In this document: in pieces, positions 1-10,410 of the stretch
How positions within the stretch are numbered: the first letter of the stretch is position 1
Layout: each line of letters opens with the position of its first letter
From: an uncultured Candidatus Rokubacteria bacterium
Lineage (GTDB): Bacteria; Methylomirabilota; Methylomirabilia; Rokubacteriales; DASRDR01
NCBI GenBank assembly: GCA_963799055.1
Contig: CAWCVP010000015.1
Coordinates: 181,440 to 245,439 of the forward strand
DNA length: 64,000 bases
Direction: 5' to 3'
Position numbers and translations under genes: made by a program
The notes under the pieces: generated by a model
What the model was told of the DNA's origin: nothing
The model's input: the letters and a program-made list of their open reading frames with translations, nothing else
The model's database searches: none

Positions 1-899
1 TCCGAGCAGGCGACGAAGGACCCGTCGATCCGCGCGGCCTACATCAAGCGCTGGGGGCTCGACCGATCCCTGCCCGAGCAGTTCGTCGCCTACCTGGCGA
101 ACGTCCTGCGGGGGGACCTCGGGGAGTCCTTCACGACCCGCCGCCCCGTCCTGCAGGACCTCAAGCAGTTCCTGCCCGCGACGATCGAGCTGTCGCTGGC
201 CGCCCTCGCGGTGGCCGTCTGCTTCGGCGTGCCGCTGGGATCTGGGCGGCGGTCCGCCACAACCGGCTGGCCGACCACGTCGCCCGCGCCGTGTCGCTGG
301 TCGGCGCCGCCTCGCCGATCTTCTGGACCGGGCCTGATCGCCCTCTACGTCTTCTACTACCTCCTCGAGCTGGCGCCGGGGCCCGGGCGACTGGACAGCC
401 ACCAGACCATGCCGCCCCGCGTCACCGGATTCCTGCTGGTGGACAGCCTCGCCGCCGGGAACTGGGAGCTCTTCGGGGCGGCGCGTTCGGCACCTGATTC
501 TGCCCGCCCTCGTCCTGGGCTGGTTCATCATGGGGCTCATCGCGCGCACCACGCGGTCATCGCTGCTCGAGGTGCTCGAGGCCGACTACGTGCGCACCGC
601 CGCGATCGAAGGGGCTCGGCGAGGGCCTCGTCGTCGGCTTCCACGCGCTGCGGAACGCCCTGATCCCCGTGGTCACCGTCATCGGCCTGACCTTCGCGAG
701 CCTCCTGTCCGGCGCCGTGCTGACGGAGACGGTCTTCGCGTGGCCGGGAATCGGACGCTACGCGGTGACCGCGTCGACCCGGCTCGACTATCCCGCGATC
801 CTGGGCGTCACGATGCTGACCGCGGTCATCTATATCGTCGTGAACCTCATCGTCGACCTCCTCTACGGCGTCCTGGACCCCCGCATCCGGGTGCGGTGA
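1..899 (+). CDS. ABC transporter permease, Dpp/Opp (peptide/nickel) family, DppB-like. The 5' end is off-window and the frame is broken at least twice.
   Basis: Frame 1 from nt 1 reads ...RGDLGESFTTRRPVLQDL..LPATIELSLAAL. The C-terminal ORF 669..899 reads TETVFAWPGIGRYAV....IVDLLYGVLDPRIRVR, the typical BPD_transp_1 / DppB end. The middle part is recovered only by switching frames. Confidence 0.75.
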
Positions 900-909
900 G
901 CGGTCGGCC

Positions 910-1792
910 ATGCCCGCCGCCCAGCCGATCGCCCGCCCGAACATCCTGATCGTTGCCCGCGAGGCACCACGTGCGCCGCGGACGCGGCGAACACCGCGCT
1001 CGTCGTCGGCGTCGTCGTCGTGGGAGTCTGGGTCTTCGTGGCGGCGTTCGCCCCTGGCTCGCGCCCCACAGTCCGACGGACCTCGACGTCATGAACCGGC
1101 TGGAGCCGCCGGGGCCGCGTCCACTTCTTCGGCACCGACGAGGCGGGCCGGGACAACTTCTCGCGCGTCCTCTACGGAGCACGCATCACGATGCCGATCG
1201 CGTTCACGGTCATCCTGCTGGCGAGCCTGTTCGGGGCGGGCGTGGGCGCGGTGGCCGGCTACGTCGGAGGGCACGTCGACGAGGTCCTCATGCGGGTGGT
1301 CGACATCGTGCTCGCGTTCCCGCCCATCGTCCTGGCCATGGCGATCACCGCAGCGCTCGGGCGCCGGGCTCCGCAACGCCATGTTCGCGATCCTCCTGGT
1401 GTCGTGGCCGGAGTTCAGCCGCCTCATGCGAGGACAGGTCCTGGCGATCAAGGAGAACGACTACGTGATCGCGGCCCGGGCGCTCGGCGCGCCCGGCCTC
1501 CCGCGTCGTGCTGACCCACATCCTCCCGAACGCGTTTCCCCCGATCGTCGTCAAGGGGACCCTCGACATCGGCAACGCCATCATCCTCACGGCCGCGCTG
1601 TCCTTCATCGGCCTGGGTGCGGTCCCCCCCGCGCCCGAGTGGGGCGCGATGATCGCCGCCGGTCAGAGCAAGTTCGAGTACTGGTGGGCGGCGACGTTCC
1701 CCGGGCTTGCGATCCTGTCCGTGGTCCTGGGCTTCAACTTCCTCGGGGACGGGCTCCAGGACGCCCTGAATCCCCGCCTCCGGGAGCGCTGA
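910..1792 (+). CDS. ABC transporter permease, Dpp/Opp family, DppC-like, frame broken several times
   Basis: Pieces in three frames assemble to ...FFGTDEAGRDNFSRVLYGARITMPIAFTVILLA..VDEVLMRVVDIVLAFPPIVLAMAI..ILLVSWPEFSRLMRGQVLAIKENDYVIAARALGA..THILPNAFPPIVV..FLGDGLQDALNPRLRER, a classic OppC/DppC signature. Confidence 0.75.
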
Positions 1793-1829
1793 GCCCGAGC
1801 CGTCGAACCGTCTCCGCCGGAGAGCGTCC

Positions 1830-1859
1830 TTGACGCTCGTCGGAGGCGGTCGGTACACT
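1830..1859 (+). promoter_or_regulatory. Candidate sigma70-type promoter upstream of the Rrf2 gene
   Basis: TTGACG (1830-1835), an 18 nt spacer, then TACACT (1854-1859), 17 nt before the ATG at 1876. Confidence 0.3.
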
Positions 1860-1875
1860 CCATTCTTGACCGGAT

Positions 1876-2322
1876 ATGCGAGTTTCTGCGAAGGGTGAGT
1901 ACGCGATCCGCGCCCTGCTCGACCTTGCCGTCCACCACGGGGAGGGCCTGGTGCCCATCCAGGAGGTGGCCCGGCGGCAGGGGATCCCGCAGCGCTACCT
2001 GGAGCAGGTGCTGCTGGTCCTGAAGCGCGCCGGCTTTCTCGACTCCAAGCGCGGGGCGACGGGAGGGTATCAGCTGGTCCGCGCGCCGGCAGCCATCACG
2101 GTGGGCGAGGTGCTCCGCGCCGTCGAGGGGCGGGTGACCGGGCTGGAGGTCGCGGGCCGCCATCCCGGGACCTCGGGCGCGCCCGTCTCCTCGGATCTCG
2201 CGCCGCTCTGGCGGGAGATCGCGGGCGCGGTCGCGAAGGTGGTCGACCGCATCACGTTCGGCGACCTCGCGGAGCAGGTCAAGGCGCGGCAGTCGCCCGA
2301 GCGCACCATCTACCATATTTGA
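1876..2322 (+). CDS. Rrf2 family transcriptional regulator
   Basis: N-terminus MRVSAKGEYAIRALLDLA....VPIQEVARRQGIPQRYLEQVLLVLKRAGFLDSKRGATGGYQL is the canonical Rrf2 winged-helix region. Confidence 0.85.
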   Translation: MRVSAKGEYAIRALLDLAVHHGEGLVPIQEVARRQGIPQRYLEQVLLVLKRAGFLDSKRGATGGYQLVRAPAAITVGEVLRAVEGRVTGLEVAGRHPGTSGAPVSSDLAPLWREIAGAVAKVVDRITFGDLAEQVKARQSPERTIYHI

Positions 2323-2335
2323 GACAGGGGAGACC

Positions 2336-3283
2336 GTGACCGGACGCCCGCTGATCGCCGACAGCGTCCTCGACCTCATCGGCAACACGCCGCTCGTCCG
2401 CCTGAACCGGCTCCCGTCCGCCGGCAGCGCGACGATCCTGGCGAAGGTCGAGTCGCAGAATCCCGGCGGGAGCGTCAAGGACCGGATCGCGCGCGCCATG
2501 ATCGAGGACGCCGAGCGGCGGGGCGCGCTCCGGGCCGGCTCCACGCTGGTCGAGCCGACGAGCGGGAACACCGGGATCGGCCTCGCCCTGGTCGCCGTGG
2601 TGAAGGGCTACCGGCTGATCCTGACGATGCCGGACGACATGAGCCTCGAGCGGAGACGACTCCTGGCGCGGCTGGGCGCCGAGCTGGTCCTGACCCCCGC
2701 GATCGAGGGCATGACGGGCGCCGTGTACGCGGCGCAGGAGCTCTGCCGGACGAATCCCGGCTACGTGATGCTCCAGCAGTTCGAGAACCCCGCGAACCCG
2801 GACGCTCATCGCCGGACGACCGCGCTCGAGATCCTCGAGGCCACCGGAGCGAAGATCGATGCGTTCGTGGCCGGGGTGGGGACGGGCGGCACGATCACGG
2901 GGGTAGGCGAGGTGCTGCGGCAGCGCGTGCCCCGGGTTCGGATCGTCGCCGTCGAGCCGGCCCGCTCGCCGGTGCTCTCCGGAGGGAAGGCGCGGGTTCA
3001 CGGGATCCAGGGGATCGGCGCGTCGTTCGTGCCGGGGATCCTCAACCGCACGGTGATCGACGAGGTCGTGCAGGTGAAGGACGAGGACGCGATGGGCACC
3101 ACGCTCCGGCTGGCCCGGGAGGAGGGTCTCCTCGTGGGCATCTCCGCCGGCGCCAACGTGTGGGCGGCGCTGGGAGTGGCCGAGCGCCTCGGCGCCGGCC
3201 GCACGGTCGTGACGGTGCTCTGTGACACCGGCGAGCGGTACCTCAGCGTCCCGCTGGAAGCCGCGGAGCGCGCTGAGCGCTGA
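2336..3283 (+). CDS. cysK: Cysteine synthase (O-acetylserine/O-phosphoserine sulfhydrylase, PLP-dependent)
   Basis: LIGNTPLVRLNRL, KVESQNPGGSVKDRIA (PLP lysine motif), EPTSGNTGIGLA and GVGTGGTITG motifs. The CysK versus CysM subtype cannot be settled by eye. Confidence 0.9.
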   Translation: MTGRPLIADSVLDLIGNTPLVRLNRLPSAGSATILAKVESQNPGGSVKDRIARAMIEDAERRGALRAGSTLVEPTSGNTGIGLALVAVVKGYRLILTMPDDMSLERRRLLARLGAELVLTPAIEGMTGAVYAAQELCRTNPGYVMLQQFENPANPDAHRRTTALEILEATGAKIDAFVAGVGTGGTITGVGEVLRQRVPRVRIVAVEPARSPVLSGGKARVHGIQGIGASFVPGILNRTVIDEVVQVKDEDAMGTTLRLAREEGLLVGISAGANVWAALGVAERLGAGRTVVTVLCDTGERYLSVPLEAAERAER

Positions 3284-3304
3284 GCGCCGGGAGGAGGCAA
3301 GACG

Positions 3305-3583
3305 ATGGCCGTGAGCGTGTACATCCCAACGCCGTTTCGGCGCGCGACGGCGAACGAGCCACGGATCGACGTCGATGCGGGAGACGTGAAGACGCTGTTC
3401 GACACCCTCGAGGCGCGCTTCGAGGGCCTCCGGGGCCTCGTCCGCGATGCGGGCGGCCAGGTGCATCACCACGTCAACGTGTACGTGAACGGAGAGGAGA
3501 TCGGCGCCCTGGATGGCCAGGCGACGAGGCTGAAGGCCGGCGACGAGGTGTCGATCATCCCGGCGCTGGCGGGAGGCACATGA
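3305..3583 (+). CDS. ThiS/MoaD-family small sulfur-carrier protein (CysO-like), C-terminus ...ALAGG-T
   Basis: 92 aa with a beta-grasp-like sequence (HHVNVYVNGEEI...GDEVSIIPALAGGT). The Gly-Gly is followed by one extra residue. The stop overlaps the next ATG (ATGA). Confidence 0.8.
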   Translation: MAVSVYIPTPFRRATANEPRIDVDAGDVKTLFDTLEARFEGLRGLVRDAGGQVHHHVNVYVNGEEIGALDGQATRLKAGDEVSIIPALAGGT

Positions 3584-4074
3584 GCCCTCTTCTCACGGCC
3601 GACGAGCTCCGGGCGATCCAGGAACACGCGCGTGCCGACTATCCCGCCGAGTGCTGCGGCGTGGTCCTGACCCGGACACGGGGCGCCCAGGAGCGGCGGC
3701 TCCTGGCGTGCCGGAACATCCAGGACGAGCTCCACGCGAAGGACCCCGGACGGTTCCCGCGCACCGCTCGAACCGCCTACTACATCGCCCACGAGCACCT
3801 CCTGGAGATCGGGCGGCGAGAGTCCGAGGGGTTCGAGGTACACGTGATCTACCATTCGCACGTCGACACCGGCGGATATTTCTCGGAGACCGATCGGAAG
3901 AACGCGATGGTCGACGGAATGCCCGCCTATCCGGCCGCGACCTACGTGGTCGTGGGAGTGACCGAGGGCCGGGTCGTGGAGACGCGCGCGCATCGCTTCG
4001 ACCCGGCGGCCGGAGAGTTCGTGGAAGTGCCGCTGGCCGTCGGGGAGCCCGCCGTTCGAGCAGAAAGCCGTTGA
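3580..4074 (+). CDS. JAMM/MPN+ metalloprotease (Mec-like)
   Basis: AECCGVV (catalytic Glu region) and HSHVDTGGYFSETD (HxH-x-S-x2-D JAMM zinc motif). Translationally coupled to the sulfur carrier. Confidence 0.85.
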   Translation: MSPLLTADELRAIQEHARADYPAECCGVVLTRTRGAQERRLLACRNIQDELHAKDPGRFPRTARTAYYIAHEHLLEIGRRESEGFEVHVIYHSHVDTGGYFSETDRKNAMVDGMPAYPAATYVVVGVTEGRVVETRAHRFDPAAGEFVEVPLAVGEPAVRAESR

Positions 4075-4099
4075 CGGGTCCGGGACCCGCTGCTATCAT
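4071..4099 (+). promoter_or_regulatory. Candidate sigma70-type promoter of the act operon
   Basis: TTGACG (4071-4076), a 17 nt spacer, then TATCAT (4094-4099), upstream of actA. Confidence 0.4.
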
Positions 4100-4167
4100 C
4101 CGCCTGCCTTTGTGAAAGAACGTACTAGCCTTCTCAGCCCGCCCCGATCGGGCGCGGGCGCAGCCGG

Positions 4168-4755
4168 TTGACGGAGAGCGAGACGAGGACGAGGCGGATG
4201 CGGGTCCGCGTGCGGAGGGTGCTCGCCGGCCTGGTCATTTCACTCGCGGCGGTGTCACTTCCGGGCCTGGATCCCGGCCTGACCAGCGCGCAGGCGCCGG
4301 GCGCTCCGGCACCGGCCCCCATCGCGCCGCCGGTCAAGCAGCCGATCCTCTTCAGCCACAAGATTCACGCCGGGGAGTTCAAGATCGACTGCCAGTACTG
4401 CCATGCGGACGCCCGGCGCTCGACCTTCGCGGGAATCCCCTCCGTCAAGCGGTGCATGGGCTGCCATCAGATCGTGGCCTCGAAGGACGCCGAGCTCCAG
4501 AAGGAAGTCGAGAAGCTGCGCCTCCACTGGAAGGACGGCCGGCCGATCGAGTGGGTGCGGATCCACAAGGTCGCGGGGTTCGTGTACTTTCCCCACAAGC
4601 GGCACGTGCAGACGGGGTTGGCGTGCCAGCAATGCCACGGCGCGGTCCAGGACATGACCGAAGTCGCCCAGGTGGCGCCCTTGACCATGGGCTGGTGCGT
4701 GTCGTGTCACGCCGAGCGGAAGGGTCCGCTCGACTGCGTGGTCTGCCACCACTGA
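4168..4755 (+). CDS. actA: Alternative Complex III subunit ActA, pentahaem cytochrome c
   Basis: Five CxxCH motifs (CQYCH, CMGCH, CQQCH, CVSCH, CVVCH), an N-terminal membrane anchor, and position as first gene of the actABCDEF order. The true start may be the internal Met at 4198. Confidence 0.85.
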   Translation: MTESETRTRRMRVRVRRVLAGLVISLAAVSLPGLDPGLTSAQAPGAPAPAPIAPPVKQPILFSHKIHAGEFKIDCQYCHADARRSTFAGIPSVKRCMGCHQIVASKDAELQKEVEKLRLHWKDGRPIEWVRIHKVAGFVYFPHKRHVQTGLACQQCHGAVQDMTEVAQVAPLTMGWCVSCHAERKGPLDCVVCHH

Positions 4756-4766
4756 CGGAGCAGGGC

Positions 4767-7700
4767 ATGCCGGACGGATCGAGCGCGCGAGGCGGGGTGG
4801 ATCGCCGGAGCTTCTTCCGGATCGTCGGCGCCGGCGGCGCGGCCGCCGCGGCGGCCGGGTGCGGCAAGACGACCGAGACGATCCTCCCCTTCGTCATCCC
4901 GCCCGAGCACATCGTGCCGGGAGTGGCGACGTGGTTCGCGACCGTATGCCGGGAGTGCCCGGCCGGCTGCGGCGTGCTCGCGAGGAGCCGCGAGGGTCGC
5001 GTCGTCAAGCTGGAGGGGAACCCCGACCACCCGGTGAACCATGGCGTCCTCTGCGCCCGCGGCCAGGCGGGGCTCCTCGGAACCTACGATCCGGACCGCA
5101 TCCCGGGTCCGCGGCTCCGCGAGGGCGCGTCGTGGCGCCAGGTCTCCGTCGCCGACGCGCAGAAGCTCTTCGTGGAGAAGGTGGCCGCCGCGCGCCAGGC
5201 CGGCCCCGGCCGCATCGCGATGGTGACCCAGCTCGAGACCGGCAGCCTGGGGCGCCTGGCGGACGAGTGGCTGAAGGCGGTCGGCGGCCGTGCCCGGCTC
5301 GCCTACGAGGCCTTCGCCCACGAGGACCTCCGCGCGGCGAACCGCGCCGTCTTCGGCGTCGACGCGATCCCCCACCACGCGTTCGAGGACGCGAAGACGA
5401 TCCTCTCGCTCGGGGCCGACTTCCTGGAGACGTGGATCTCGCCCACGGAGTACGCGAGCGCGGTCCGCCGCGTGCACGAGCTGCGGGACGGGCACGCGGC
5501 CCGGGTGATCCACGTCGAGCCTCGCTACTCGATGACCGCCGCGAACGCCGACGAGTGGATCGCGAGCGCTCCGGGTGCCGAGGCGGGGATCGCGCTGGCC
5601 TTGCTGCGGCTCGTCCTCGAATCGCGCCAGGTCCCGTCCCAGCCGGCGAAGGAGACCGAGGCCCTGACCGCGGCGGCCCGCGCGGTGGACGTGGAGGCGG
5701 TGGCCAGGCAGAGCGGCGTGCCCGCGGCCAAGCTTCGGCACCTGGCCGAGGCCCTCGTGAAGGGCGCGCCGAGCCTGGTGGTCACGGGCGGAGTGGCGGT
5801 GAGCGGGTCGACGGACGCTGCGATGGCCGTGGCCCTGCTCAACCATGCTCTCGGCAACGTGGGCCGGACGGTCCGATTCGGTCCGAACTCGACCCTGTCA
5901 CGGGCGAGCCGCTACGCGGACGTCGTCGCGCTGACCAAGGCCATGGCGCAGGGCGAGATCGCGGTCCTCATCGTGAAGGACGCCAACCCCGCGTTCACGC
6001 TCCCGGCGCGCGCCGGCTTCGCGGAAGCCCTGGCGAAGGTCCCGTTCGTGGTGAGCCTCTCGAGCCACCTGGACGAAACCACCGCCGGCGCCCACCTGGT
6101 CATCCCGGACCTGACGCCGCTCGAGTCGTGGGGGGACTACTCGCCGCGTGAGGGCGTGTGGTCGCTCATGCAGCCGGCGATGGGCCCGGTGCCGAAGGTC
6201 GGCGATACGAACCCGGACGCTCTCGATCTTCCGCAGCTCCAGGGCGTGAGGGAGGCGCTGGGCCGGAAGGCGCCGGCGTCGTTCCCGGGCGTCGACACCA
6301 AGGCCACCGGCGACCTGCTGCTCGATGCCGGGCGAGCCCTGGTCCCGGGCTCGGAGAAGAGCGTCTTCCAGGCCAAGACCTTCGCCGACTACCTCCGCGA
6401 GTCCTGGCGGGCCATGGGCAAGAGCGTGGCGCCGAAGGCAACCTTCGAGGCCTTCTGGGAAGAGGCGCTCCGCCGGGGCGGCTACTGGGCGGACGTGCCG
6501 ACGGCGAAGGTCACGCTCCAGCCGGGAGCGAAGGTGGCGGGCGGGGCCCCGGCGCTGGAGGGTGGCGCGACCGACCCCGCCCTCCTGGTCGTCCCGTCCT
6601 CGCGCTACTACGACGGCCGCAGCGCCAACAAGGTGTGGCTCCACGAGACTCCCGATCCCATGACCCAGGTCGTGTACGGGAGCTGGATCGAGATCCCGAC
6701 CGCGACCGCGCGAAGCCTCGGCGTGCAGAACGGCGACGTCGTGCGGGTGGAGTCGCCCCACGGCACGATCGAGACGCCCGCCTACGTGTCGGATACCTTG
6801 GCGGCGGGCGCGGTGGCGATCCCCACCGGCCTCGGGCATGCGGCCTACGGGCGATTCGCGCGCGGCCTCGGCCAGAGCCCGTACGCGCTCCTGCCGGCCG
6901 AGCCGGCCGCGACGTCGGGCGGGCCGCGCTGGCTGGGCGTCCGCGTCCGGCTCCAGAAGACCGGGCGGCGGGAGAAGCTCGCCTCGCCCGCCGGCGTCAC
7001 CGAGGTCGACCATTCCCGGGAGATCTTCGAGACGGTGAGCCTGGCGGAGGCCGTCAAGCAGGAGCGCGGAGGCAAGGCCCCGGCGCACGCGAACCTCCCG
7101 TCGATGTATCCCGACCTCAAGTATCCCCAGAACCGCTGGGGGATGACGGTCGATCTCGACGCCTGCACGGGCTGTCAGGCGTGCGTCGTCGCCTGCCAGG
7201 CGGAGAACAACGTCCCGTGGGTGGGGAAGGGCGACATCGACTACGGCCGGAGCGTGCAATGGCTCCGGGTCGAGCGCTGGTGGGATCGCGGACACGCGGG
7301 GGCGCCGGCCAAGGGGCATGCCGCCGCGTCCGGCCTCGTCGGGGTGGCGCATGCCGCCGATGCGCCGGCCGCCGGGCGGCCCAGCGCGCGCTTCCTGCCG
7401 ATGTTCTGCCAGCACTGCGAGGTGGCGCCATGCGAGCCGGTCTGCCCGGTCTTCGCGGCCTACCACACCGCCGACGGGCTGAACGCCCAGGTCTACAACC
7501 GGTGCGTGGGCACCCGGTACTGCGGCAACAACTGCCCGTACATGGTGCGGCGGTTCAACTGGTACCGGTACGAGTGGCCGGCGCCGATGAACCTCCAGCT
7601 GAACCCGGACGTGGCCGTGCGCGACCGCGGGATCATGGAGAAGTGCACGATGTGCGTGCAGCGGATCATCGCGGGGCGTGACCGGGCCCGGGAGGAGAAC

Positions 7701-7893
7701 CGGCTGCCGCGGGACGGGGAGATCAAGACCGCCTGCCAGCAGACATGCCCCACGCAGGCCATCACGTTCGGCGACCTGAAGGACGGCAAGAGCCGTGTCT
7801 CGCGTCTCTCGGCGTCCCCGCGCGGCTATCACGTCCTGGGTGAGCTGGGCACGAAGCCCGCGGTGACGTATCTGCGGAAGATCCTCCGGGAGG
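4767..7893 (+). CDS. actB: Alternative Complex III subunit ActB (molybdopterin-oxidoreductase-like domain fused to an FeS domain). The native stop appears to be lost at the IS junction.
   Basis: Tat signal DRRSFFRIVGAGGAAAAAAGC, a CxxCxxxC-type cluster region near the N-terminus, and C-terminal ferredoxin Cys clusters (CTGCQACVVAC, CQHCEVAPCEPVCP, CVGTRYCGNNCP, CTMCVQR, CQQTCP). Beyond about 7893 the ORF continues to 8138 only as the antisense of the IS110 transposase. Confidence 0.85.
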
Positions 7894-8682
7894 ACGCCGC
7901 GATTGCGGCGGAGAGTTGCTGGATCTGGGCGACGAGCGGGACTGAGGACGGCGACGAGGGCCTGGACGAGTTCGCCGCTGGCCTCCATCTCGGCGTCGCC
8001 GGTGCGACTGAGGGGAGCGTGTGCGGAGGCGGGCCAGCAGCTCGGCGGCGGCGCGGCGGCCGCAGTAGGCGTGGCGGCGGAGGAACTGGGCCAGCCGGCG
8101 CTCGCCGAGCCGCTCGGCAGCTCTGGGGCGTGGGGTAGCGCGTGAGGAAGGCGAGGGCGATCGGCGAATCGACGTCGGCGAAGATCACCGCGGCGCCGGG
8201 CCAGAAGCGCTCGAGGAGGGCGCGGAGCTGGTTGGCGAGGGCGACGCGCTGGGCGACGAGGTCGTCGCGGCCGCGGACGAGGGCGCGGAGGGCCCGGGTC
8301 TCATCGGCGAGAGGCTGCAGGGGGCGGAAGCGATGGCCATCGGTCCGGAGGAGGTCGGCGAGGAGGTAGGCGTCGCCGGGATCGCTCTTGCCCCCGGCGG
8401 CGGAGTAGCGAGGTCGGCTGGCTTTGACGACGTTGGGGTGGATGGGGACGACGGGGAAGCCGGCCTCGAGGAGCGTGTCGACGACGAGGCCCGAGGGGCG
8501 CTCGAGGGCGACGGGCAGCGTGGCGGCGGGGCCCGAAGCGAGTGTCAGCCGCTGGACGAGCTCGGCCCAGGCCCGCGGCGGTGTGCGCCACGGTGCCGCG
8601 CCAGCGGACGGTGCCGGTCTCGTCGATGCACGCAGACGGCATGGGTGGTGGCGGCCCAGTCCAGGCCGGCGAAGAAGGACAT
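7894..8682 (-). pseudogene. IS110-family transposase, frameshifted and C-terminally truncated
   Basis: The minus strand from ATG 8682 reads MSFFAGLDWAATTHAVCVIDETGTV... and, after frame changes, ALERPSGLVVDTLLEAGFPVVPIHPNVVKASR..GKSDPGDAYLLADLLRTDGHRFRPL..ALVRGRDDLVAQRVALANQLRALLERFWPGA. It stops abruptly at ...AQIQQLSAAIAA, where the actB sequence begins. Confidence 0.8.
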
Positions 8683-8950
8683 TGCACGTCTCCCTGGGAC
8701 TGCGAGACACTGCGCGCGGGAGAGGTCCTGCCGGTCGCTCACTGATTGGCGCTCTGGGCTTCAGCTGCCCGTGGCGCTCCACCCTGTGGCCGGTTGGGAC
8801 CTCTCGTGGTGTGAGTCGGGGGAGCAGGTCTCACGCTGGCCGTCGCGCGGCAAGCGCACGTGGGCTCTCCCCGACCCCCGGGATCGTCACAGCGGCCAGC
8901 ATCCGCTCGTCGGCGGCCCCGGCCCCAAGAAATGCGATCGCTACGCGCCC
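7894..8950 (-). mobile_element. IS110-family insertion sequence remnant between actB and actC, truncated at its 3' end. The right boundary is approximate.
   Basis: It contains a broken DEDD-type transposase gene. actB and actC are normally adjacent, but here they are separated by about 1.1 kb. No terminal inverted repeats were seen, as is typical for IS110. Confidence 0.7.
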
Positions 8951-9038
8951 GTAGGAGCGACGATCTCGGGCCGCCCCATATCCCGGTATCCCCCCTCAAG
9001 AGGCTCTTGTCTCTCTTCTTCGGGGGAAGGGTAGACCA

Positions 9039-10410
9039 GTGAGCGCCCCGCGCGGCCACGACCGCCGGGTCCCGCCGATCGCGGGCGGCGCCGCGCCCAC
9101 CTTCGCCGACGTCAACCGCGACGTCCTCCGCACGCTCGACTTCCCGGGGTCGGCCTACTTCGGCTGGATGTCGATCATCGCCCTCGTCCTGGCCGGCGGC
9201 ATCTTCTGCTGGCTCCTGCAGGTGTACTTCGGCATGGGGATGGCCGGGAAGCGCAATCCCCAGATGTGGGCGATGTACATCACCACCTTCGTGTTCTGGA
9301 TCGGCATCGGCCACGCCGGCACGCTGATCTCGGCCATCCTGTATCTCTTCCGCGCCAAGTGGCGCACCTCGATCTACCGCGGATCGGAGGCGATGACCAT
9401 CTTCGCGGTCATGACCGCGGGGCTGTTCCCGGTCATCCACGCGGGCCGCATGTGGTACGCGTACTGGCTGATCCCGTACCCGAACGAGCGCTTCCTGTGG
9501 CCGAACTTCCGGTCGCCCCTCGTCTGGGACGTGTTCGCGATCTCGACGTACCTGACCATCAGCACCGTGTTCTTCATCGTCGGCCTCGTCCCGGACATCG
9601 CCGCCCTGCGGGACGCCGCGACCGGCTGGAAGCGCCAGATCTACGGCGTCATGGCCCTCGGGTGGCAGGGGACCGACCGGCAATGGCGCCACTACCGGCG
9701 CGCCTACGGCCTTTTCGCCGCCCTGGCCACGCCGCTCGTGGTGTCGGTGCACAGCGTCGTGTCCTGGGACTTCGCCATGGCGCTGGTCCCCGGCTGGCAC
9801 TCCACGCTCTTCGCGCCCTTCTTCGTCGACGGCGCCATCTTCTCCGGCTTCGCCATGGTGCTCGTCCTGCTCATTCCAATGCGCTACTACTTCAACCTGT
9901 ACCCCTACATCACGGATCGGCACCTCGACAACATGGCGAAGCTGATCCTCGTCACGGGGCTGGTCCTGACGTACTTCTACGCCTGCGAGGGGTTCACGGC
10001 CTGGTACAGCGGCGAGCACTTCGAGCGGGCCTCGTACCTCTTCAAGTGGGTCGGGGTGTATGCGCCGTGGTGGTGGCTCCAGATCTTCTGCAACAGCGTG
10101 GCGCCCCTGATCTTCTTCTGGAAGCGGGCCCGCACTCACATCCCGACGCTGTACGTCGTGTCGATCCTCGTGCTGATCGGGATGTGGTTCGAGCGCTTCA
10201 ACATCATCGTGCCCGGGTCTCGCGCACGGCTTCTACCCGTACACCTTCGGCACCTACGTGCCGACCCTCATCGACAGCGGCATCGTCATCGGCAGCTTCG
10301 CCTGGTTCTTCCTCCTGTTCCTGGGCTTCATCAAGGTGATGCCGTCCATGTCGATCGTCGAGGTCAAGGAGACCATCCCGCATCCGGTGCGGGATGGGCA
10401 CGCCCACTGA
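9039..10410 (+). CDS. actC: Alternative Complex III subunit ActC (NrfD/PsrC-like quinol-interacting membrane subunit), one frameshift near 10212-10217
   Basis: A polytopic membrane protein (…FVFWIGIGHAGTLISAILYLFRAKWR…). After the run cccggg the true frame reads NIIVPGLAHGFYPYTFGTYVPTLID...VKETIPHPVRDGHAH and ends at TGA 10408-10410. Confidence 0.85.

Noticed and set aside
4452-4766. N-terminal 105-codon extension of the ActB ORF overlapping actA
   Set aside because: It is an alternative frame of the actA haem-binding region. The Tat signal (DRRSFFR) right after Met 4767 marks the real start.
5898-7988. Very long antisense ORFs: 5898..7988 (-, 696 aa), 2279..3472 (-), 28335..30950 (-, 871 aa), 31347..33617 (-, 756 aa), 61684..63246 (-)
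   Set aside because: Each lies exactly opposite a gene with strong, recognisable homology motifs. Their translations are Arg/Pro/Gly/Ala-rich low-complexity strings, typical of shadow ORFs in very GC-rich DNA.
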